Shown here one piece after another: positions 1 to 7,333 of a DNA stretch of 36,467 bases. Under the pieces are notes generated by a model, which saw only the letters and a program-made list of their open reading frames with translations, was not told where the DNA came from and ran no database searches. Position numbers and translations under genes: made by a program. Source of the stretch: an uncultured Methanosarcinales archaeon (GTDB taxonomy: Archaea; Nanobdellota; Nanobdellia; Woesearchaeales; DATGWN01); contig CAZMDB010000003.1 of NCBI GenBank assembly GCA_964565095.1, positions 1-36,467 of the forward strand, written 5' to 3'. The stretch's first letter is position 1, and each line of letters starts with the position of its first letter.

Positions 1-256
1 AGAGCATCAGGACTGGGGGACATCGATACTTTGGGGTGGATCTGATTCTTTCCAGTAGGTCCCATCCATCCATTCCAGGCATCATGATGTCGAGGAGAAG
101 AAGGTCGATGTTATTTGATCTGAGCATGCCGAGGGCGTCTTTTCCCGAGGTGACACCGATCACGTTGAGGTCTGGTGCCGTAGCAGCCAGAGCTTCTTTT
201 ATCGAATACACAATATCATCCTGATCATCCACTACAAGAATATTCTTCTTTGTCAT
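1..256 (-). CDS. Response regulator receiver (CheY-like) domain protein, 5' part only (runs off the window start)
   Basis: Hand translation of the minus strand from ATG at 256: MTKKNILVVDDQDDIVYSIKEALAATAPDLNVIGVTSGKDALGMLRSNNIDLLLLDIMMPGMDGWDLLERIRSTPKYRCPPVLML. It has the receiver motifs ILVVDD and LLLDIMMPGMDG (phospho-Asp). Not in the ORF track. Confidence 0.93.
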   Translation of the reverse strand, partial: MTKKNILVVDDQDDIVYSIKEALAATAPDLNVIGVTSGKDALGMLRSNNIDLLLLDIMMPGMDGWDLLERIRSTPKYRCPPVLML

Positions 257-353
257 GCGTTTTTCTGCTGGCTGTATGGTTATAAATCAGATGGTTTCAA
301 AGTATACAAAAATATATTTGACCTAAGGTCTGCCCTGAGGAGAATATCCAGTA

Positions 354-887
354 TCAACTCTTGAGGAATAGAGCAAATTTCTCCAGTGCTTTTCTGCGAT
401 GGCTGATGCGATTCTTCTCTTCCGGGGTCATCTCAGCAAAAGTCTTGTCATGGCCGTCTGGCTGGAAGATAGGATCCCATCCGAAGTTGCTCTTGCCACG
501 CGGCGGCACTATCCGACCTTCCACCCGTCCCTGGAAGCAGATGGGATCTTTGCCCGGTTCGCAGTATCCGATCGTACAGATGACTGTTGCCCGCTTGTCT
601 GCAAAACTGTCGAGCATGCGAGGAACATCTGCCAGATCCATGTGGTTGATGAAGTCCTTGATGTAGGGCCCGGGCATCCCGCCCAAGGCATGGAAGCAAT
701 TTGCCACATCCTCGACAAATACGGGGCACCCCATCTTCTGGGCAGCAAGGCGCGCTTTTTCCTGTGCGATGAATTCAGGGCTGCCCTGAAGTTCTGGCAG
801 AGTGACCTTTTGGCTTCCGATTTCGCCCAGAATCGCTCGGGCTTCTCTGACCTTATGCTCGTTCCCTGTGATGAAACAGATATCCAT
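354..887 (-). CDS. rdgB: Non-canonical purine NTP pyrophosphatase (RdgB/HAM1/ITPase family)
   Basis: Motifs [44 protein letters not shown]. Start set at MDICF (887); upstream ATGs at 899 and 908 are possible. Confidence 0.95.
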   Translation of the reverse strand: MDICFITGNEHKVREARAILGEIGSQKVTLPELQGSPEFIAQEKARLAAQKMGCPVFVEDVANCFHALGGMPGPYIKDFINHMDLADVPRMLDSFADKRATVICTIGYCEPGKDPICFQGRVEGRIVPPRGKSNFGWDPIFQPDGHDKTFAEMTPEEKNRISHRRKALEKFALFLKS

Positions 888-958
888 GGTGTTTTGCATA
901 CTTGTCATTATTTGAATCTTGCGGTATGTTTATATAGCTGTGCGCTAGAGCAAGCACC

Positions 959-1546
959 ATGAAGAAGCGATGGAATTTTCTGGATGAAGTAGGTCGCAAG
1001 GTTGTACATCTGATGAGTATTTTTCTGATCGTCCTGTTTGTTATCGTCGCCCGGACTGCGGGACGAAGATGGGCTTTGTTCTCGTTGGTGGGACTTCTTA
1101 TCCTCTTTATGGAGCTGGAATATGTGCGCATAGAACTGCGACAAAGGATTCCTCTTCTGTGGCGTGTCTGGCGGCATCAGGAACGCAACCGTATAGGCAG
1201 TCAGATATTTTTCCTGCTTGGTGCTATCATCGCTTTTGCAGTATTCGATTTTCGTATCGCTGTTGCAGCTATCCTGATGACTACCTTCGGAGATATGGTG
1301 GCAGCGCTTGTAGGCAAGAAATTCGGCAGGGTCAAGATATTTAGGTCCCAGACATTCGAGGGTAGTTTTGCTGAGTTTGTTGTTGATGTGCTTATTGGAG
1401 CCTTTCTCATCGGAAACTTGTGGATCGTGCTGGGGATGGCACTGACAGCTACGGTGGTTGAAGTTGTTGCGCATAAGCTGGATGACAATCTCCTGATACC
1501 GGTCTGTGCTGGTTTTGTGGGGCAGATATTGGTGGTGTTCTTATAG
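959..1546 (+). CDS. CTP-dependent polyprenol/diacylglycerol kinase family (SEC59/DGK1/VTE5) membrane protein
   Basis: Motifs RKVVHL, GDMVAALVGKKFG, TFEGS, DDNLLIP; multiple hydrophobic segments; TTTATATA about 25 nt upstream. Confidence 0.9.
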   Translation: MKKRWNFLDEVGRKVVHLMSIFLIVLFVIVARTAGRRWALFSLVGLLILFMELEYVRIELRQRIPLLWRVWRHQERNRIGSQIFFLLGAIIAFAVFDFRIAVAAILMTTFGDMVAALVGKKFGRVKIFRSQTFEGSFAEFVVDVLIGAFLIGNLWIVLGMALTATVVEVVAHKLDDNLLIPVCAGFVGQILVVFL

Positions 1547-1576
1547 GAGAAAAAAGATTTATGAATACATGGGATC

Positions 1577-2485
1577 TTGCTTTCCTTTGTGGCCAAATCA
1601 GTAAGTGTTTGTATCCCGGCGCATAATGAGGAGAAATACATAGGCAATCTTCTGAGGACTCTGCAGTCAGTTCCAGTGGATGAGGTCCTTGTCTGTCTGA
1701 GCGGATGCACCGACAGGACAGGAGAAATCGCGCGTACATATGGGGCAGACCTGATAGAATCAGAGATAGGTAAACCAGCTGCATGGAATGCCCTGATGGA
1801 GACAGCCAAAGGAGAACGTCGCGTGTTCTATGATGGTGATGTGTCAGTCTCTGTTGCAGGAGTGGAAGCTTTGGTGCGGGGCCTTGACGTGCCGGGAACT
1901 GTTTTTTCTGTGACACATGTGCGTTCCTATGCCTCGATGAATGGGATGGCAGGTCTGATCGGCCCCTTCCTCTTCCGTCATCTTGAGGATGGCCGCTTAT
2001 GCGGTACGGGCTACGCATTTGAGGCTGATACTCTTGTGGATCGCATGCGTTCTGCAGGGTATGCACGGATGCCGATGGATGTGCTTGCTGAAGATTACTG
2101 GCTGGAGTGTCTGGCACCGGATGCGATCACCCTCATGCCCGGTGCTTATGTAGATCATCCCGTGGGTGGTATCGATGATTTCCTGCGCGTGCATGCGCGC
2201 GTGCAGGCTGGTCGGCAGCAGATGATGCTGGAGTATCCAGACCTTGTGCTAAAGAATGCGCATGCGAACAAAGGATTCTGCCAGAGATGTGTGGATGTCT
2301 ATTTGCAGTCGGCAGGCTTGTGTGATGTGTTGCACAGGGCCGGAGTATATGCCGCACGCAGAGCAGTTCTGCGATTGTATGGGGGGCGCTTTGATGAATT
2401 GCGCAGAGAAATGGATATGAGGTGCGAGAACGCTGCTCATCTTCTTGCTTGCGCTGGCCGAGGCACCCACAAAGATGCTATATGA
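1577..2485 (+). CDS. Glycosyltransferase family 2
   Basis: VSVCIPAHNEE N-terminal motif, CTDRT, DxD (FYDGD) and a later ED motif (LAEDY). The TTG start is uncertain. Confidence 0.85.
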   Translation: MLSFVAKSVSVCIPAHNEEKYIGNLLRTLQSVPVDEVLVCLSGCTDRTGEIARTYGADLIESEIGKPAAWNALMETAKGERRVFYDGDVSVSVAGVEALVRGLDVPGTVFSVTHVRSYASMNGMAGLIGPFLFRHLEDGRLCGTGYAFEADTLVDRMRSAGYARMPMDVLAEDYWLECLAPDAITLMPGAYVDHPVGGIDDFLRVHARVQAGRQQMMLEYPDLVLKNAHANKGFCQRCVDVYLQSAGLCDVLHRAGVYAARRAVLRLYGGRFDELRREMDMRCENAAHLLACAGRGTHKDAI

Positions 2486-2612
2486 GGTTTGGCGAAGGGT
2501 GCGGTGCATCTTTTTTCTGAGGGAGCCATATCCGGCATTAGTATCTCCGGGAGAAATTTTTTCTTGAGATTACTTCACTTTACGCAAGATAGCGCAAGCT
2601 CTCTTCTTTTTG

Positions 2613-2825
2613 GAGAAAATAGTGCTGCGAAGTTTCGTGCTTGGGCAACGATCACTTTGTGATCTAGTCGCGTGCGTGGTGACTTGCGACTGCCGTACGC
2701 ATGTCTTGCGAGATTTTGGTTGCATGTCCTTAGAAATTACTCGTAATTTCTGGATCTTGTGGAGCTCTGCTCAACAAGAAATCACCAAAATCTCTGATTT
2801 TGCTTCTAGGCAGCACTATTTTCTC
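2613..2825 (+). ncRNA. 213-nt highly structured intergenic element (putative ncRNA or MITE-like element)
   Basis: Perfect 16-bp terminal inverted repeat GAGAAAATAGTGCTGC (2613-2628) / GCAGCACTATTTTCTC (2810-2825). Nested stems: 2650-2655/2659-2664, 2666-2671/2679-2684, 2710-2720/2784-2794, 2732-2740/2743-2751, 2755-2765/2769-2779. The structure is directly visible; the ncRNA identity is inferred. Confidence 0.5.
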
Positions 2826-2854
2826 TTCTGTATTCGGAGATACTGGGGCATATG

Positions 2855-2868
2855 AAAACATTTAAAAA
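2855..2868 (+). promoter_or_regulatory. BRE/TATA promoter of the tRNA gene
   Basis: AAAACA-TTTAAAAA about 40 nt upstream of the mature tRNA 5' end. Confidence 0.6.
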
Positions 2869-2905
2869 GCAATGGTTGTTGCCTTCGGTAGAAGGCTGGA
2901 CGAGT

Positions 2906-3027
2906 GGGGACATAGTTTAGCCTGGTTATAGCGCCAGACTCATATAGGTGAGTGATGAGCCTTCGGGCGATGATAAAAAACACCTGGCGATATCTGGAGG
3001 TCCCGGGTTCAAATCCCGGTGTCCCCA
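2906..3027 (+). tRNA. tRNA-Met(CAT), elongator type (Ile2 not excluded), with a 47-nt intron at canonical position 37/38 (2945-2991)
   Basis: Acceptor stem GGGGACA/TGTCCCC plus discriminator A; anticodon stem CCAGA/TCTGG; loop CT-CAT-A|intron|A; T arm CCGGG-TTCAAAT-CCCGG. No encoded CCA after the discriminator. G1-C72 argues against an initiator tRNA. Confidence 0.92.
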
Positions 3028-3040
3028 TTTTCTTTTTGTT
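3028..3040 (+). terminator. Oligo-T archaeal terminator after the tRNA
   Basis: T-rich run (TTTTTCTTTTTGT) immediately after the discriminator base. Confidence 0.6.
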
Positions 3041-3049
3041 CGTGATTCC

Positions 3050-3457
3050 TCATTTCTCTTTGGCATCGCGGAGCAGTTGTGCGGTCCTTGCTAGGTCATC
3101 TTCTATCGTATCAACACTGAAGACCTTCGGGTTTTCAGGGCTACTGGGGATGATGTGAAAGTGGACATGCTGCATCTCCTGTCCTGCAGATTTCCCGCAG
3201 CGGTTGATGAGAGTGAAGTCAGGCATATCCAGCGCTTTCTGGATCCTTTGCGCAACCGATCTGACCCTCTCCATATAGGTTCCCAGATTATCCTTGAAGT
3301 CCAGAATGTTTCTATGATGGCGTTTCGGTATCACCAGGGTATGTCCCTTTGCATAAGGTTTGATGTTGAGAAACGCATAATACTCGTCGTCCTCGTACAC
3401 CTTGTGTGAGGGGATCTTCTTGTCAGCGATCTTGCAGAACAGGCAGTCGTCACTCAT
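3050..3457 (-). CDS. hit: HIT family (histidine triad) nucleotide hydrolase
   Basis: DCLFCKI, KGHTLVIPKRH, AGQEMQHVHFHIIP (HxHxH). Start set at MSDDC. Confidence 0.95.
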   Translation of the reverse strand: MSDDCLFCKIADKKIPSHKVYEDDEYYAFLNIKPYAKGHTLVIPKRHHRNILDFKDNLGTYMERVRSVAQRIQKALDMPDFTLINRCGKSAGQEMQHVHFHIIPSSPENPKVFSVDTIEDDLARTAQLLRDAKEK

Positions 3458-3565
3458 GGTATCACCGTTAGGGATAAAGATCATCTATGTATTAAATATT
3501 GTGCATCCTTTGAGTTCTTTTCGAGATGCGAAGGTATATTAAGTGCCATATCCGTACTCATAGAG

Positions 3566-4096
3566 ATGGTTCATGAAGTCGAATTGCGCAGTTTCATCTC
3601 AGAGCAGAAGTATCAGGATTTGATGCAGTTCTTTTCAACTCATGCCCGTCGCAGAAGCCATGAAGAGCAGGAGACACATTATTTTGACTGCGGACAGGAT
3701 CTGCGCATCCAGAAGAGCACCAATTATGCCAAGGTATGGCTGAAGAAGGGCAATATGCATGATGACTCGCGTGAGGAGATCGAGGTGAAGGTGGAACCTG
3801 ATCAATTCTCAGGGTTGCAGGAGTTGTTTGCTGCTTTGGGGTATACTGTAGATATCAAGTGGTTCCGGACGCGCGATATTTTCGAATGGGATGGGATCAG
3901 CGTGATGCTGGATCATACACGTGGCTATGGACATATTCTTGAGATGGAATGTATGGTAGAGGATGCGGAAGAGATAGAAGAGACTCGACAGCGGTTGCGT
4001 GCTGCATTCGAGAGGCTTGATGTGTCGATCACAGCCAAAGAGACATTTGCAGAAAGGTATGAGTACTATCGGCGCAATTGGCAGGAGTTGGTGTAG
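3566..4096 (+). CDS. CYTH domain protein (class IV adenylate cyclase-like / triphosphate tunnel metalloenzyme)
   Basis: N-terminal EVELR (ExExK-like), QETHYFD, LRI, REEIEV, LD..GYGHILEME. Confidence 0.88.
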   Translation: MVHEVELRSFISEQKYQDLMQFFSTHARRRSHEEQETHYFDCGQDLRIQKSTNYAKVWLKKGNMHDDSREEIEVKVEPDQFSGLQELFAALGYTVDIKWFRTRDIFEWDGISVMLDHTRGYGHILEMECMVEDAEEIEETRQRLRAAFERLDVSITAKETFAERYEYYRRNWQELV

Positions 4097-4177
4097 TTCT
4101 GGTTGCAGTTGACATCGGTGGATCAAGCAAGATGGTGTTTTATAGGAAATTTTAAAAATGGGGTAGCCCGCTGATGT

Positions 4178-4666
4178 ATGATGGCGGGGGCAGTAGCAAT
4201 CTTACACATCATCTGGATAACGTTTCTTCCTTTTCTGGAATTGCGCGCCTCAATACCCGTGGGATTCGCGCTCATGGGCACTTCGTCCTGGCTAACGATC
4301 GCAGTGATTGCTATTGCCGCGAATTTCGTCCTCGGTATTCTGCTTTTTTATATTGCGGATATCTGCATCAATCTTCTGACGCGGTTGCGATTCATGAAAC
4401 GCATCTATGATCGGACGATCGAGCGTGTCCAGAAGAAGGCGCACAAGGGCGTGGAGAAGTACGGCGTGATTGGTTTGGCGTTGTTTGTGGGAGTTCCTCT
4501 TCCTGGCAGTGGTGTGTACAGCGGGGTGCTTGCTGCAAAGATATTCGGGATACGCTTCCGGGATTATGCCATCGCCATCGCCATAGGTGTACTGCTTGCC
4601 GGAGCGGCTGTGACATTGGTGATGCTCACCGGAGCTTCGGCTTTCTCATTTCTGATAAAGACATAG
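4178..4666 (+). CDS. COG2426 family putative small multi-drug export membrane protein
   Basis: LPFLELRASIP and LFVGVPLPGSGVYSG motifs; four hydrophobic segments. Confidence 0.9.
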   Translation: MMAGAVAILHIIWITFLPFLELRASIPVGFALMGTSSWLTIAVIAIAANFVLGILLFYIADICINLLTRLRFMKRIYDRTIERVQKKAHKGVEKYGVIGLALFVGVPLPGSGVYSGVLAAKIFGIRFRDYAIAIAIGVLLAGAAVTLVMLTGASAFSFLIKT

Positions 4667-4675
4667 GGATAGAAG

Positions 4676-4969
4676 ATGAAGATACCTACAAAAACAGTCA
4701 TGATGGTCTATGTTGTCTTTTGGCTCTTTCTGTCGGTGGTTGCTGTAGCAGTGATTCTGATGCACAATGAGAATGTCCAGGATCACGAGTGTATTGATGG
4801 CAGTCTTGTCGCCGATCCGGCGGAGTGTCCTATCTGTGTGAATGATTCTCACTGCAAAATGGACACTGTGTGTGATGAGGGCATCTGCGTGTCGAAGCAG
4901 TGTATCGTAGATTCAGATTGCCAGAATGTTAGCAATAGATGCGTCTATGACCGTTGTCAGCTGGGTTAG
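4676..4969 (+). CDS. Small membrane-anchored Cys-rich extracellular protein
   Basis: N-terminal TM helix followed by 10 Cys, with two C-x2-D-x2-C-x4/5-C-x4-C repeats. Confidence 0.7.
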   Translation: MKIPTKTVMMVYVVFWLFLSVVAVAVILMHNENVQDHECIDGSLVADPAECPICVNDSHCKMDTVCDEGICVSKQCIVDSDCQNVSNRCVYDRCQLG

Positions 4970-4970
4970 A

Positions 4971-5072
4971 TCATTTCCGCAGTTGCTTCAGGCAGTCTTT
5001 GCAGACAGGTACGATGTAATCTGTCACGAGTTGTTCAGTGTGGCTGGTTCCGCACCAGAAGCATTCATCCAT
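4971..5072 (-). CDS. 33-aa zinc-finger micro-protein (CxxC-x16-CxxC)
   Basis: Hand translation MDECFWCGTSHTEQLVTDYIVPVCKDCLKQLRK*. GAGGGA SD-like element 6 nt before the ATG; TTTAAATA box at about 5125-5132 on the minus strand. Below the ORF-track length cutoff. Confidence 0.7.
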   Translation of the reverse strand: MDECFWCGTSHTEQLVTDYIVPVCKDCLKQLRK

Positions 5073-5098
5073 AGCAAATCCCTCTTAAAATTGTATTC

Positions 5099-5120
5099 TA
5101 GTATACGATACTGTATACTA
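5099..5120. promoter_or_regulatory. Palindromic operator TAGTATAC-N6-GTATACTA
   Basis: Perfect 8-bp inverted repeat lying between the minus-strand TATA box and the start of the micro-protein. Confidence 0.55.
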
Positions 5121-5204
5121 ATTTGTATTTAAATGTTTGCTTTTGTCGGCTGGGACAGTATATCACGGCAGGTGGCAAAGGCGGCTCCTTTGTTCAAAGA
5201 TTTT

Positions 5205-5987
5205 CTAGAAAATTCTGCAGAATGCATCATTGTTCGAGGGTGCGTGAGCGATTTCCCACATGATTCCGAAACTGCTCCTAAAGGCTTCTGCCACTTCTTT
5301 CTGACGGATCATGATGCCGATGGGATTGGTGCTCCACACGACTATCGCTACTGTCTCGTCGTATACATACTGTGCCATGGGAGTCTTGTTGAGTCCTTCG
5401 ATATAACGCACCTGGCAGAGTGGCAAATCCTCTATCTCATGGAGCGCCTGTCCCTTTTCTCCTGGGAGGTCAGATCCGTCTGAGTCGAACAGCATCCGGA
5501 TAGGGATGCGTTCTTCTTTGCGGATCCGGTTATAACGTGGAAAAAAATGCGAAAGGATACTGCTGACATCCCGTGTGGTTGCTTGGATGAGTATTTCCTT
5601 ACCGACTGACAGCTGATCCTCGAACATCTGCCGGATCCCGAGAGTTCCCCGGAAGAAAAGGATTTCCCTGCTGTCTGTTGTGGCTTCAAATTTTGCCTGG
5701 AGTACTGGAAGAATTTCCTTGAATTCCTGACTACGCTGCTGCAGTCGCGTAAGAATCATATTTGGGTCAGTGATCGAATAGAGCGCGCGATTATTCTCTT
5801 TACGCACGGTCACCATTCCTTTCTGCAGCATACGTTCTAGACAATCATATACGTTGCGGCGGTGGATGCCGGTGTTCTGTGCAATTTTCCCGGCGGTGCG
5901 CTCTCCAGACTCGAGCAACGCGATATACACGTCGGATTCCAGTCGGGTCAGTCCTATTTCTGAAAGGTACTGGCGAATCTTTTCCAT
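5205..5987 (-). CDS. TrmB family transcriptional regulator
   Basis: IGLTRLESDVYIALL...TAGKIAQNTGIHRRNVYDCLERMLQKG wHTH, plus a C-terminal PLD-like effector domain (YVYDETVAI). Confidence 0.92.
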   Translation of the reverse strand: MEKIRQYLSEIGLTRLESDVYIALLESGERTAGKIAQNTGIHRRNVYDCLERMLQKGMVTVRKENNRALYSITDPNMILTRLQQRSQEFKEILPVLQAKFEATTDSREILFFRGTLGIRQMFEDQLSVGKEILIQATTRDVSSILSHFFPRYNRIRKEERIPIRMLFDSDGSDLPGEKGQALHEIEDLPLCQVRYIEGLNKTPMAQYVYDETVAIVVWSTNPIGIMIRQKEVAEAFRSSFGIMWEIAHAPSNNDAFCRIF

Positions 5988-6023
5988 CAAGGGGATAAGA
6001 GATTCCTGCTCTTTAAAGAATTT

Positions 6024-6043
6024 GTGGTGATAAACCTCACCAC
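6024..6043. promoter_or_regulatory. Inverted repeat GTGGTGA-N6-TCACCAC in the divergent promoter region
   Basis: Perfect 7-bp inverted repeat between the trmB-like gene and the divergent 6087 gene. Confidence 0.4.
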
Positions 6044-6086
6044 TCTAATTTATGTGGATTGTAACCCTTCTGTCTCACGGTCAAAA

Positions 6087-7325
6087 ATGGCGTATAATGG
6101 AAAGATTGGTACGGGGCAGATTATTCCCCGCGATTATGGCATAGTATTGCAGCGGCCACGCTCACAGCGCATGTTCCTGAGTCCCAGTAAGTATGCGTTG
6201 GCAGCGTGGATGGTAATGTCTCCCCAGCGCAGGTATGAAGCGATCGATAGATATGCGCAAGAAGTGGGGGCTGCTTCCAGAGAGCTTGACATCGAGTTAG
6301 CCCAGGCAATACAGAAGAAAGAGGGCAGTGATGTGTTGGTACGGCTTGCAGGAAGAGAGCAGATCAGGAAAGTATCTCGCTACCGTTCTGCGGTCTCGGC
6401 TTCTGTGCGGTCGAAAAAGGATGCCGATGCTGATTATCATCCTCATCTCTGGGCCTATCAGGAGATGCAGCCGGGGAGGCCTCCCTATCGAGGAGCGCGA
6501 TGCGATTGCGCAGAAAGTCATTGGGCTACGGTCAAGCCTGCCATCGCGATGTGTCCGCATGCAGCCACATTGGAGACGGCGCTGTACATCGACAATGTGT
6601 CGCGGAGTGCGCAGGATGAGACTCTGACCGGGTTGTTTCCCCGTGATAGGCCACGCGCCATAAGTCCGCCATTCCGTCTGGTTTCCGGTAGCAGATCAGC
6701 AATCGGCAGAGGGATGGTGGAAATGCTGACTGCGTACTATCTGGAAGGAAGATCGCACTACGATATCAATCGAGAGTACACTCACGACAAAAGCATACGG
6801 TCCGACTGGCTTAGCAGCATGCTTTCTTCTGGTTCGGATGATGCGCAATTCATGGTGATGCGACATGGTGAACGCATGCTTGATCCTGCGAATCTCAGCT
6901 ATGAGCAGAAACGTCTGCTGGGTAGTGTGAATAATGTGCAGCGACAGGTGCGCGCGATGCTCAAGAAGAGCGGATTCAGCTTTGATGGGTACGCCGTAGA
7001 GAGGGTGTCGTCAGATGAAGAAGTGATCGCTCACCGTTTCCGGCAGCGGGATGTGGCGTACACGCTTTGTATAGGAGAAAACCAGTTGCCTCTGATTATC
7101 AAGCGTCATCTGGGTGATAAAGTAGCCGAGGAGCAGATGCTGGGACAGCAACTCACTGCGCGTGGATTCGGCGAGGATAACGGAGAGCCCTATCTGTCCG
7201 TGGATCCGGTCACGTGCCGGGAGTCGATGACCCGGACCATATTGCCAGGATTCCGGCATGACTCGGAGGTACGAATCTCGAATGTGCTGCGCGAGGCGTA
7301 TCAGAGCGCATTGCAGCAGTTATAA
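6087..7325 (+). CDS. Hypothetical protein with a SWIM-like zinc finger
   Basis: Long ORF containing ARCDCAESHWATVKPAIAMCPHAA (CxC-xn-CxH). ATG at 6087 is preferred over GTG at 6024. Confidence 0.7.
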   Translation: MAYNGKIGTGQIIPRDYGIVLQRPRSQRMFLSPSKYALAAWMVMSPQRRYEAIDRYAQEVGAASRELDIELAQAIQKKEGSDVLVRLAGREQIRKVSRYRSAVSASVRSKKDADADYHPHLWAYQEMQPGRPPYRGARCDCAESHWATVKPAIAMCPHAATLETALYIDNVSRSAQDETLTGLFPRDRPRAISPPFRLVSGSRSAIGRGMVEMLTAYYLEGRSHYDINREYTHDKSIRSDWLSSMLSSGSDDAQFMVMRHGERMLDPANLSYEQKRLLGSVNNVQRQVRAMLKKSGFSFDGYAVERVSSDEEVIAHRFRQRDVAYTLCIGENQLPLIIKRHLGDKVAEEQMLGQQLTARGFGEDNGEPYLSVDPVTCRESMTRTILPGFRHDSEVRISNVLREAYQSALQQL

Positions 7326-7333
7326 GTTCAGGC

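Noticed and set aside
36-224. 62-aa + strand ORF
   Set aside because: Antisense shadow of the response regulator on the minus strand.
774-790. Third TTCAG-N7-CTGAA match (TTCAG-GGCTGCC-CTGAA)
   Set aside because: Lies inside the rdgB coding sequence with an unrelated spacer and no TATA context. Treated as chance, though it slightly weakens the specificity of the operator motif.
2610-3158. Short ORFs 2610-2855, 2816-3028 and 2952-3158
   Set aside because: They overlap the structured element, the tRNA and the HIT gene and have no protein motifs.
2906-7325. Integrated element or provirus at the tRNA
   Set aside because: No integrase, no duplicated tRNA 3' end noticed, and the flanking genes look like ordinary cellular genes.
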